From a virus: DNA of 64,000 nt. The translations under genes and the position numbers were made by a program. The stretch lies in the IMG/VR virus record IMGVR_UViG_3300024348_000008; one strand, 5' to 3'. Under the pieces are notes generated by a model. The model searched no databases. It saw only the letters and a list, made by a program, of their open reading frames with translations, and was not told the DNA's origin. Below, in pieces: positions 1-8,795 of the stretch (position 1 is the first letter of the stretch; the number at the start of each line of letters is the position of its first letter).

Positions 1-150
1 ATTATGGAAGGAGTAGATTGGATATGGAATAATGGTATTTTAGAAGCACAAGAAATTGAAAAGATTGAGACTGAAATTAAGCGTACGCCGTCGAAGCATT
101 TAGCTGAGGCGCAAATAAGAGCGTTTAAAAATTTCCTCTCTAAACTTTAA
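1..150 (+). CDS. 21: prohead protease gp21, C-terminal fragment (truncated by window edge)
   Basis: Frame 1 reads IMEGVDWIWNNGILEAQEIE...AFKNFLSKL*, the typical T4-like gp21 C-terminus; lies directly upstream of gp22. Confidence 0.85.
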   Translation: MMEGVDWIWNNGILEAQEIEKIETEIKRTPSKHLAEAQIRAFKNFLSKL

Positions 151-170
151 CTCTATAATAGGAGAGAAAA

Positions 171-1322
171 ATGTCAGAATTAGACACAAAAGCAGTTGAA
201 GAAACTGTAGTCGATTTAGGCGAATCTCAAGATGCAGAGCAAGTTGAAGTGGAAACTTCAGAAGAGCTCGTTGAAAACGAAGTTGGAAACGAGGAAATTT
301 CTGAAGACGCTGATGCTGGAGAAGTAACAGAAGCTAAAAAAGAAGAAGAAGAAAAAGAAGAAGTAGAAGAAACTGCTCCTGCTTTTAAAACTCCTTCTAC
401 TAAAGCTGGTGTTATTAACGCTGCAGTTGAGATGCTTAAAAAGGCAAAAAAACATGAAGCGCAAGCTATGTTTGCAAAGATGAATAAAGTCGATGAGTCT
501 GAAGATGATGGTTCCCTAGATAAAGCTATTAAGAAAGCACCGAAAGCTGTTGATCCTAAAGCTAAACCTAGTGATGCATCTGCGAAAGCAGAAGCAGTGG
601 AATTTGATTATTCAGAAGATTTAGATGCATTAGTATCTGAGGAAGCTACATTGTCTGAAGGATTCAGAGCAAAAGCTGAAGCAATCTTCGAAGCAACACT
701 TAAGTCAAAATTAGGTGCAGAAATCGATAGATTAGAAGGCGAATACGCGCAAAACCTTGAAGAAGAAGTTGGTGATATTCAAAAGACTATCGTAGAAAAA
801 GTAGATAACTACTTGAACTATGTTGTAGAATCTTGGATGAAAGAAAATGAAGTAGCAGTAAGTACTGGTCTTAGGACTGAGATTGCTGAAGACTTTATGG
901 CTTCTTTACAAACTGTCTTTAAGGAACATTACATTGAAGTACCAGAAGGTAAAGCAGATTTAATCGACGATATGGCCGAGCAAGTTGCTGAACTAGAGGA
1001 ACAACTCAATAAATCCACAGAAGAAAACATCAAGTTACATGAAACTACGCAAACATATGCGCGCGCTCAAGTAATAAGAGAAGCTTCTTCAGGGCTTGCT
1101 GATACAGAAGCTGAGAAACTCGCATCATTAGTTGAATCTATTGATTTTGAAGATCTAGAAACTTTCACTATGAAAGTAACTACTATCAAAGAATCATACT
1201 TCAAGTCTGATGTAAGTGAAACAGAATCTGAAGTAGATGCAGTTATAGGAAATGATTCAGCTCCGGTTGATCTTTCAGATAATATGAGCAGATACACACA
1301 AGCTATTACTAACTCAAAATAA
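171..1322 (+). CDS. 22: prohead core scaffold protein gp22
   Basis: Acidic coiled-coil protein; LSEGFRAKAEAIFEA and VDNYLNYVVESWMKENEVAV motifs; between gp21 and gp23. Confidence 0.92.
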   Translation: MSELDTKAVEETVVDLGESQDAEQVEVETSEELVENEVGNEEISEDADAGEVTEAKKEEEEKEEVEETAPAFKTPSTKAGVINAAVEMLKKAKKHEAQAMFAKMNKVDESEDDGSLDKAIKKAPKAVDPKAKPSDASAKAEAVEFDYSEDLDALVSEEATLSEGFRAKAEAIFEATLKSKLGAEIDRLEGEYAQNLEEEVGDIQKTIVEKVDNYLNYVVESWMKENEVAVSTGLRTEIAEDFMASLQTVFKEHYIEVPEGKADLIDDMAEQVAELEEQLNKSTEENIKLHETTQTYARAQVIREASSGLADTEAEKLASLVESIDFEDLETFTMKVTTIKESYFKSDVSETESEVDAVIGNDSAPVDLSDNMSRYTQAITNSK

Positions 1323-1345
1323 TTTTATCTAATTAGGGGACAAAT

Positions 1346-2680
1346 ATGTTTAATACAGATAATAAATTAGTCGAGAAATGGCAACCAGTACTTGAGCACT
1401 CAGATGCTCCAGCTATAGACAGCAAGTACAAGCAAGCCGTTACTGCTCGACTCTTGGAAAACCAAGAAATTGCTTTGCAAGAAGAGCGAAACCAAACTCA
1501 AGGTTTTGTTACAGAAGCAGCCGCAGCTAACGCTACCGGTTCTTCTGTTGCTAACTTTGATCCGGTTTTGATCTCTTTAGTAAGGCGTGCAATGCCTAAC
1601 CTTATCGCTTATGATATTGCTGGCGTTCAACCTATGACTGGTCCAACTGGTCTAATCTTTGCAATGAAGTCTAAGTACAGCACTCAAGGTGGTACTGAAG
1701 CATTATTCGACGAAGCTGATACTGATTTCTCAGGAGCAGGTACTCATCAAGCAGATCCTACTGGACTTGCTGGTGTAGTTGATGCTGATACTGATGGATC
1801 TATTGCTGATACTGCTGATGTAGTATCAACTTACGGTGAAGGCGATACTACAGCTCAAGCTGAAGCCCAAGGTACTCACGTAGCTGGTTCAGCAATTGCT
1901 GGTGGTGACGCATTTGGCGAAATGGCTTTCTCAATCGAGAAATCAACCGTTACAGCTAAATCAAGAGCTCTTAAAGCTGAATACACTATGGAACTTGCTC
2001 AAGATCTTAAAGCAGTCCACGGTCTAGACGCTGAAGGCGAACTTGCTAACATTCTTTCAGCTGAAATCTTAGCTGAAATTAACCGTGAAATGGTAAGAAC
2101 TATTCTTACTAAAGCAAAAATCGGTGCACTTCAAACTTCAACTGCAGTATCTGGTATCTTTGATGTCGGTACTGATAGTGATGGTCGTTGGATGGCTGAA
2201 AAATTCAAAGGTCTAGTTATGCAACTCGAAAGAGAAGCTAATGTGATCTCTAAAGAAACTCGTAGAGGAAAAGGCAACTTTGTTGTTTGTTCTTCTGACG
2301 TTGCTTCTGCACTAGCTGCTGCTGGTGTGTTGGATTATTCTCCAGCTCTTGCAACTAACCTAAACGTTGATGATACTGGTAATACTTTTGCCGGTGTTCT
2401 TAACGGTCGTATGAAGGTTTATATTGATCCTTATTCAACTACAGACTTCGCGTGTGTAGGTTATAGAGGATCTAATCCATATGATGCTGGTATGTTCTAT
2501 TGCCCATATGTTCCTTTGACTATGGTCAAAGCTATTGGTGAAAATGACTTCCAACCTCGCATCGGATTTAAAACTCGATATGGTATGGTTGCTAACCCAT
2601 TTGTTGCAGCTGATGGAACAGGTACTAATAGGGCTAATCCTTATTTCCGTATCTTCCGCGTTGACGACATTATGGTCTAA
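1346..2680 (+). CDS. 23: major capsid protein gp23
   Basis: LVRRAMPNLIAYDIAGVQPMTGPTGLIFAM, SRALKAEYTMELAQDLKAVHGLDAE and FQPRIGFKTRYG motifs. Confidence 0.99.
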   Translation: MFNTDNKLVEKWQPVLEHSDAPAIDSKYKQAVTARLLENQEIALQEERNQTQGFVTEAAAANATGSSVANFDPVLISLVRRAMPNLIAYDIAGVQPMTGPTGLIFAMKSKYSTQGGTEALFDEADTDFSGAGTHQADPTGLAGVVDADTDGSIADTADVVSTYGEGDTTAQAEAQGTHVAGSAIAGGDAFGEMAFSIEKSTVTAKSRALKAEYTMELAQDLKAVHGLDAEGELANILSAEILAEINREMVRTILTKAKIGALQTSTAVSGIFDVGTDSDGRWMAEKFKGLVMQLEREANVISKETRRGKGNFVVCSSDVASALAAAGVLDYSPALATNLNVDDTGNTFAGVLNGRMKVYIDPYSTTDFACVGYRGSNPYDAGMFYCPYVPLTMVKAIGENDFQPRIGFKTRYGMVANPFVAADGTGTNRANPYFRIFRVDDIMV

Positions 2681-2704
2681 ACCAAAAAAAGACTTAGCGC
2701 TTTT

Positions 2705-2735
2705 AAAGCAGGATCTTCGGATCCTGCTTTTTTTT
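2705..2735 (+). terminator. rho-independent terminator with UUCG tetraloop after gp23
   Basis: AAAGCAGGATC-TTCG-GATCCTGCTTT followed by a T-tract. Confidence 0.92.
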
Positions 2736-2738
2736 GCG

Positions 2739-2746
2739 TATAAATA
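2739..2746 (+). promoter_or_regulatory. T4-type late promoter (gp55-dependent)
   Basis: TATAAATA just upstream of ATG 2752. Confidence 0.7.
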
Positions 2747-2751
2747 GATAT

Positions 2752-3054
2752 ATGAAAAATTATAAAACGCAACAATTAGAAATGATTGATCTTAATTGGG
2801 ATGGTAATGTTGATGACGATGTTAATTCGAAGATTGCTTCAGCCTTTGCTTTAAATCCTTCAGACAATATTGCTTTTTCAGATAGTGAAAAAGTGTCATA
2901 TAATCAGTTTTGTACTAGAATGTGGTTAGATAATTGTGATGAAAATCTTGCTTTTGGTTCAACGCGATATACACAAAAAGAATACACTGTAAAGTTTCAA
3001 TCTTGGTTAAAAGAAAAATGGAGAATAAATAATGGCAACGTTAACAGCAAATAA
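2752..3054 (+). CDS. hypothetical protein
   Basis: ORF; ATG 2752 downstream of the late promoter preferred over the TTG at 2734. Confidence 0.6.
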   Translation: MKNYKTQQLEMIDLNWDGNVDDDVNSKIASAFALNPSDNIAFSDSEKVSYNQFCTRMWLDNCDENLAFGSTRYTQKEYTVKFQSWLKEKWRINNGNVNSK

Positions 3055-3496
3055 GAATTTTTTAACTCCAATAGGATTTAAATTTTCTATTGATAATACT
3101 TTGTATCCTAATTTAGAATATTTTTGTAATTCTGTAACATTGCCAAGTATATCTTTAGCAGGAGTTGATACTCCATATAAGGGTGTTAATTTAGGTTTTA
3201 CCGGTGATAGATTAGAATTTGATGATTTAACTATTACATTTAATATAACAGAGAATATGGAAAACTATAAAGAAACGTTTGATTGGATGCATAATAGTAT
3301 TACAACAAATGAATCTTTCACTTCCGATGCTACACTGAGTGTGTTATCTTCACACAATAATGTTACACAGGAAATTATATTTAAAGATTGTTTTCCTACA
3401 TCTTTAAGTGGAGCTGATTTTACATCAATAGCTAATGACGTTGAGTATTTACAAGCTTCTGTGACATTTAAATATACGTACTTTGAATTTAAATAA
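3032..3496 (+). CDS. 3: tail completion / sheath stabiliser gp3
   Basis: NFLTPIGFKF...YFCNSVTLPSISL...DLTITFNITENMENY tail-tube-like fold; usual position between gp23 and uvsY. Confidence 0.8.
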   Translation: MATLTANKNFLTPIGFKFSIDNTLYPNLEYFCNSVTLPSISLAGVDTPYKGVNLGFTGDRLEFDDLTITFNITENMENYKETFDWMHNSITTNESFTSDATLSVLSSHNNVTQEIIFKDCFPTSLSGADFTSIANDVEYLQASVTFKYTYFEFK

Positions 3497-3503
3497 AAAA
3501 ACA

Positions 3504-3532
3504 TGTACTTTTGAGTGAAACTGTGGTATAAT
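3504..3532 (+). promoter_or_regulatory. sigma70-like early promoter
   Basis: TGTACT-N17-TATAAT with extended TGG; member of the repeated family. Confidence 0.75.
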
Positions 3533-3549
3533 AAACAGTTAACTATAAT

Positions 3550-4005
3550 ATGGAGAAAATTATGGATTTAGATACTATTCTAGAAATGTGGAAGAAAGAT
3601 TCACAAATAGATGAAATGGCCTTAGACGAAGCTTCTCGTCAATCTGCAAATTTACATTCTAAATACTTAGAGCTCTTAAGTTCAAATCGCATGCGGTTAA
3701 AGAAAGCTCAATTAGAATATAAGGTTATACTTAAAGATAAGTTTAATCATTATGGCGGTAAATTAACTCAAGAAGAAATGGATTCAAAAGGATGGGAATA
3801 TGATCCTTTACATGGTAATACTGTGCTCAAAGGAGACTTAGATAAATATTATGATGCAGATCCAATTATTCAAGAACACCAAGCCAAAATTGCATATTTA
3901 GAAGAAATTACAAGTGTTCTTAAAGAAATGTTAGAGAATATTAAATGGAGACATCAGAACATTAAGAATATGATTGAATGGAGAAAGTTTACCAGTGGCA
4001 TATAA
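3550..4005 (+). CDS. uvsY: recombination mediator UvsY
   Basis: W.KDS.ID...LHSKYL...VLKGDLDKYYDAD...IKNMIEWRKF pattern; adjacent to uvsW. Confidence 0.88.
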   Translation: MEKIMDLDTILEMWKKDSQIDEMALDEASRQSANLHSKYLELLSSNRMRLKKAQLEYKVILKDKFNHYGGKLTQEEMDSKGWEYDPLHGNTVLKGDLDKYYDADPIIQEHQAKIAYLEEITSVLKEMLENIKWRHQNIKNMIEWRKFTSGI

Positions 4006-4918
4006 AATATATGATCATAAGTTTGAATGGAAAGGGAACTTCGATTATGCACGTACGTGTATAAAACAAGCATTGGAACAAATAGATTATCCAGAAGATC
4101 TTAATATATTTAATCATACTGATTTAACTCAGATGAATTATTCGAATGTGTTATTTGTTAAACCTACAGCACCTACTTCAAAACATTTTGCAATTGATAC
4201 TATTGGATATGCTAATGCTTCTAAATTGGCTTTCGAAGAACCATATGAACCAGATATAATGTATTCTCATTTAAATTCTAAGAACAATATGGATTGGAGT
4301 AAAATAGAAACTCTAATTAATCAAAGATCTAATAAATGGGATGATTCTATATTACTCAAATGGAGAAAGGCTAAAGATGTACCAAAAGAGCATATATTAG
4401 TTATCGGCCAGATGCCCGATGATGAAACTGTAAAAGGATTTGGTTTAGGTGGTCATTGGGAAAGTATTACATTGATAGTAGAAAGATTATATGCACAGGT
4501 AACAGAGTTTCCAATCGTAGTAAAGATTCATCCAAGATTAAAGCTAAGAGGCAAACAAAAAGATATTGTAGATAAATGGATTCAAGATGGAATAGATGTA
4601 AGAGATGGATATGAATCTATACATGACTTCCTTCCGCATACTCGAGTTGCAATATTAGATAATAGTACTGCAGGAATAGAATGTTTAATGCATGAAGTAC
4701 CTATTATATCATATGGTTTTCCGGAGTATCATTGGGTAACTAAACAGCTACAAAGCTTAACTCAATTACCTAAATTATGTAATGATATAAGTTGGCATAA
4801 AAAAGAAAAGGCCATGAAATTTATATATTGGTACATTAATGATTATCTTTGTTATGATGTTGAAAGCACAAAGAATAGGTTGAATGAAATTTTTAATATA
4901 AGTAGGTTTAAAGATTAA
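3995..4918 (+). CDS. capsular polysaccharide biosynthesis-like (KpsC/KpsS-type) GT-B glycosyltransferase
   Basis: VIGQMPDD, VVKIHP and NSTAGIECLMHEVPIISYG motifs; GTG 3995 follows a GGAG SD (ORF track starts at 3974). Confidence 0.6.
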   Translation: MAYKIYDHKFEWKGNFDYARTCIKQALEQIDYPEDLNIFNHTDLTQMNYSNVLFVKPTAPTSKHFAIDTIGYANASKLAFEEPYEPDIMYSHLNSKNNMDWSKIETLINQRSNKWDDSILLKWRKAKDVPKEHILVIGQMPDDETVKGFGLGGHWESITLIVERLYAQVTEFPIVVKIHPRLKLRGKQKDIVDKWIQDGIDVRDGYESIHDFLPHTRVAILDNSTAGIECLMHEVPIISYGFPEYHWVTKQLQSLTQLPKLCNDISWHKKEKAMKFIYWYINDYLCYDVESTKNRLNEIFNISRFKD

Positions 4919-4924
4919 ATTTAA

Positions 4925-6403
4925 ATGGAACAGATTGTAATATCTAAATTAAACGAAAGTTTTTTACAAATTAGTTGCGAATCCAGTACAGAAAGAGAGT
5001 TATCAGAACACTTCTGTTTTTATGTACCTGGATATAAATTTATGCCGGCATACCGTAATAGAGTATGGGATGGTAAGATTAGATTATTTGATTATCGTAA
5101 AAAACAAATCTATTGTGGACTATTTAATTATTTAAAAGAGTTTGCACAAGAACGTGGTTATAAAATAATTACAGATTATGAACCTACCAGCACAGAAAAT
5201 GTAGATGAACTTATCTCCCGCCTGCCCCTGACGGCCGCGGGCGCGCCTATCCACCCGCGCGGGTACCAGATAGAAGGTATTAAACATGCTCTATCTAATA
5301 ATAAATCCTTATTATTATCTCCTACTGCAAGCGGTAAATCATTAATGATATATTTAATGATAAGACATTTTTTAGAATCTAATGATAAACAAAACATATT
5401 AATAGTGGTTCCTACAACATCATTAGTAGAACAAATGTATACTGATTTTGGAGATTATAGTTCAACCGATAGTTGGAATGTTGATAACAATTGTCATAGA
5501 ATATATTCTGGTAAAGAAAAAATAAATTTAAAACATAGAGTTATTATAACAACTTGGCAATCTGTATATAAAATGAATTTGTCTTGGTTTAATTCATATG
5601 GTATGGTTATAGGAGATGAAGCTCATAATTTTAAAGCTAAATCTCTCACTGCTATATTAGAAAAATGTGTTAATGCTAAATACAGAATTGGCACCACAGG
5701 AACTTTAGATGGTACCCAAACCCATCAATTAGTATTAGAAGGTTTATTTGGACCTGTGCACAGAGTTACATCAACAAAATCATTAATGGATGCAGATGAT
5801 TTAGCTCAATTAGAAATACGCATATTATTGCTTAAGTATGCAGATAGATATATGCGTAGCATAGCAAAAGCAAAATATCAAGAAGAATTAGATTTTCTTG
5901 TTGGACATAGTCCACGAAATGAATTTATAACAGATCTCACCGTTAAATTACGTGGAAATGTATTGGTGTTATTTCAATATGTAGAAAAACATGGTAAACC
6001 TCTACATGATATTCTTAAGAAAAAGGTAGCTAAAAATCAAAAATTATTTTATGTGAGTGGAGAAACTGACGTTGATACACGAGAAAATATAAGATCTATT
6101 ACTGAAAATGAAAATAATGCTATTATTGTTGCGAGTATGGGAACATTTTCTACCGGTATTAATATTAAAAAGTTACATAATATAATATTTGCATCACCTT
6201 CTAAATCACAAATAAGAGTCTTACAATCTATTGGTAGAGGTCTCCGTAAGAGTGGAGATGGTATAAATACTATAGTATATGATATTGCTGATGATTTGCA
6301 TTGGAGAACTCAAAAGAATTATACTTTAAAGCATGCGGCAGAAAGAATAAATATATACAGTAAAGAGAAATTTACATACAATATAAATGAGATAAACCTA
6401 TGA
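4925..6403 (+). CDS. uvsW: DNA helicase UvsW (SF2)
   Basis: SPTASGKS, GDEAH, GTTGT, QSIGRGLR; N-terminal YVPGYKFMPAYRNRVWDGKIRLF. Confidence 0.97.
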   Translation: MEQIVISKLNESFLQISCESSTERELSEHFCFYVPGYKFMPAYRNRVWDGKIRLFDYRKKQIYCGLFNYLKEFAQERGYKIITDYEPTSTENVDELISRLPLTAAGAPIHPRGYQIEGIKHALSNNKSLLLSPTASGKSLMIYLMIRHFLESNDKQNILIVVPTTSLVEQMYTDFGDYSSTDSWNVDNNCHRIYSGKEKINLKHRVIITTWQSVYKMNLSWFNSYGMVIGDEAHNFKAKSLTAILEKCVNAKYRIGTTGTLDGTQTHQLVLEGLFGPVHRVTSTKSLMDADDLAQLEIRILLLKYADRYMRSIAKAKYQEELDFLVGHSPRNEFITDLTVKLRGNVLVLFQYVEKHGKPLHDILKKKVAKNQKLFYVSGETDVDTRENIRSITENENNAIIVASMGTFSTGINIKKLHNIIFASPSKSQIRVLQSIGRGLRKSGDGINTIVYDIADDLHWRTQKNYTLKHAAERINIYSKEKFTYNINEINL

Positions 6404-6786
6404 AACCAGAAGATATGAACATACGACATTTTAAGCTTATTAATGGCGACAATATATTGGCTTTGGTTCATAAAAAGGAACAAGGCAGAGTTATAGTAGA
6501 AAGACCTGTAATAGTTACGGAAACCATTATAGGAAGCTATTCATTACGTCCATGGTTTTCATTTTCATCTCAAACACTATATACTATACTTGATTCTGAT
6601 ATTATGGCACATGTTTTAATTGATGAAGATGTAAAGCATACTTACTTAAAGGCAGTAACAACACCAATGTCACCTGCAGATATAAGATCTGTAGATGAAC
6701 TATCTGATGAACTTGAAAGATACATGAGTGAAACTCTAGAAGATATATTACCCTCTGATACAATTCCAAAGAAGACATATCATTAA
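6400..6786 (+). CDS. conserved T4-like hypothetical protein (Sm-like fold)
   Basis: IRHFKLINGDNILA start; usual position between uvsW and gp55. Confidence 0.65.
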   Translation: MKPEDMNIRHFKLINGDNILALVHKKEQGRVIVERPVIVTETIIGSYSLRPWFSFSSQTLYTILDSDIMAHVLIDEDVKHTYLKAVTTPMSPADIRSVDELSDELERYMSETLEDILPSDTIPKKTYH

Positions 6787-6821
6787 TAATAGTATCCTCC
6801 TCTACTCAAATGGCCTCTTAT

Positions 6822-6850
6822 ATTATACCATATTTGGAGCGATTTGTACA
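6822..6850 (-). promoter_or_regulatory. antisense early-type promoter, divergent from the gp55 promoter
   Basis: Reverse complement reads CATGTACA-N17-TATAAT with TGG extension, same family as the + strand copies. Confidence 0.75.
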
Positions 6851-6893
6851 TGTTTATTTTCATTTATTTCGCATTAATTTTTTAATTTAACTA

Positions 6894-6922
6894 TGTACAA
6901 AGCTTAAAAAATATGGTATAAT
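6894..6922 (+). promoter_or_regulatory. early promoter of gp55
   Basis: TGTACA-N17-TATAAT (TGGTATAAT). Confidence 0.8.
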
Positions 6923-6955
6923 ATACCCTAACAAGCTAAAAATGGAGATTATATT

Positions 6956-7525
6956 ATGGCTGATCCTAAAAAGAAAGCACATTATATCAATAATAAAGAA
7001 TTCTCATATGCAGTTGTAGAATACGTAAAGTCTGCTAATGAGGCAAAAGCCAAAGGAGAAAAAGTACCGGTAGTAACAGATTATGTTGCACAATGCTTTT
7101 TAAAAATTTCTGAAGGATTATCACATAGACCAAACTTTGTTAGGTATACATACCGCGAAGAAATGGTTATGGATGCAGTTGAAAACTGTTTAAGAGCAAT
7201 CAATAATTATAATATTGAAACTGCTACAAGAACAGGCAAACCAAACGCATTTTCATATTTTACTCAAATTTGTTTCTTTGCATTTATACGTAGAATTGCC
7301 AAAGAGAAAAAACAACAAGAAATAAAGTTTAGATTCATTGAAAAAATGGGTATTGATGATTTTGTATCAATGGGTATGGATGAAGAAGGTGCAGGTCAGA
7401 CTGCGGCATATGTAGATACTCTAAGAAGTAGAATCTCTAAAATTAGAAATACTGATAAAGCTATTAAAGCATTTGGAAAAGAAGAGAAAAAGAAATTGTC
7501 AAAATTAGAGTTATTTATGGTATGA
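6956..7525 (+). CDS. 55: late-transcription sigma factor gp55
   Basis: HYINNKEF, LSHRPNFVRYTYREEMVMDAVENC, NAFSYFTQICFFAFIRRIAKEKKQ. Confidence 0.97.
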   Translation: MADPKKKAHYINNKEFSYAVVEYVKSANEAKAKGEKVPVVTDYVAQCFLKISEGLSHRPNFVRYTYREEMVMDAVENCLRAINNYNIETATRTGKPNAFSYFTQICFFAFIRRIAKEKKQQEIKFRFIEKMGIDDFVSMGMDEEGAGQTAAYVDTLRSRISKIRNTDKAIKAFGKEEKKKLSKLELFMV

Positions 7526-7731
7526 AGAAATTAACAAGAGCGCAAAAGGATATTCAAACAAACCTTGGCAAAAAAAGACATAAAAAAGATCTTAAACGTA
7601 GACCTCGTGTAAAACTAATAATTGCTTCTATGCGAAAACTTAATAGAATTCAAAAGAAATTAGAAAAAATTAAGTATCTTCAAGTTAAATATGGTAATAA
7701 GGTTGAAGTAAAAACAGGTCAATTGCTATAA
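7522..7731 (+). CDS. small basic hypothetical protein
   Basis: Translationally coupled ORF between gp55 and gp47; Lys/Arg-rich. Confidence 0.6.
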   Translation: MKKLTRAQKDIQTNLGKKRHKKDLKRRPRVKLIIASMRKLNRIQKKLEKIKYLQVKYGNKVEVKTGQLL

Positions 7732-8795
7732 TGAAAATAGCTATATTGAATGACACACATTGTGGTGTTAGAAATTCCTCTGATATATTTTTAAATTATC
7801 AAAAACGATTTTACGAAGAAGAATTCTTTCCATATCTTAAAGAGCACAATATAAAAAACATATTGCATTTAGGTGATTATTATGAACACCGAAGATTTGT
7901 TAATTTTAAAGCGTTAAATCAAAATCGAAGAGATTTTTTAGAACCTATGCGTGATGCAGGTATTACTATGGATATCATTCCAGGTAATCATGATGTTTAC
8001 TTTAAAAACACTAATGAATTATGCAGTCTTAAAGAATTACTCGGATATTTTACATCTAATGTTAATATTATAATGAAACCTACAGTCTTAGACTATGATG
8101 GTTGTAAAATTGGTGTAGTTCCATGGATTAATAATTCTAATTATAGTGAATATACTGAATGGTTAAAAACATGTAAAGCAGATATTATAGGTGCACATTT
8201 AGAATTAAAAGGTTTTGATATGATGCCTGGTATGCCGAATCCTCATGGTATGAGCTCTGAAATATTTCAAAGATTTGAAATGGTATTATCAGGACATTTT
8301 CATACAAAATCAGATAGAGATCCAATACATTATTTGGGTGCACAATTTGAAATGACATGGGCAGATGTTGATGATCCTAAATATTTTCATGTATTAGATA
8401 CAGAAACTCGAGAATTAACACCAGTTAGAAATCCTATTACAATATTTAAGAAGTTTGTATATGATGATAAGAAGGTTGATTATAATACTATTGATATACA
8501 ACAATTTAGACAAAAATTCGTTAAATTTATCGTAGTAAATAAAACAGATCTTTATATGTTTGATAAATTTGTAGACAAATTACAAAGCATAGATACATAT
8601 GAATTAAAAATAGCAGAAAACTTCGAAGAGTTTATTGGTAATAATGTAGACGATGAGTCAATTAATCCAATGGAAGATACAACAGAATTATTAGATTCGT
8701 ATGTTGAAGCAGTTGAAACTGATCTTGATAAAGATGCTATAAAATTGAAATTAAGAGAATTATATACAGAGGCTCAAAACTTAGAAATAATATGA
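7731..8795 (+). CDS. 47: recombination endonuclease subunit gp47 (Mre11/SbcD-like)
   Basis: NDTHCG, HLGD, GNHD, GHFH metallophosphoesterase motifs. Confidence 0.96.
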   Translation: MKIAILNDTHCGVRNSSDIFLNYQKRFYEEEFFPYLKEHNIKNILHLGDYYEHRRFVNFKALNQNRRDFLEPMRDAGITMDIIPGNHDVYFKNTNELCSLKELLGYFTSNVNIIMKPTVLDYDGCKIGVVPWINNSNYSEYTEWLKTCKADIIGAHLELKGFDMMPGMPNPHGMSSEIFQRFEMVLSGHFHTKSDRDPIHYLGAQFEMTWADVDDPKYFHVLDTETRELTPVRNPITIFKKFVYDDKKVDYNTIDIQQFRQKFVKFIVVNKTDLYMFDKFVDKLQSIDTYELKIAENFEEFIGNNVDDESINPMEDTTELLDSYVEAVETDLDKDAIKLKLRELYTEAQNLEII

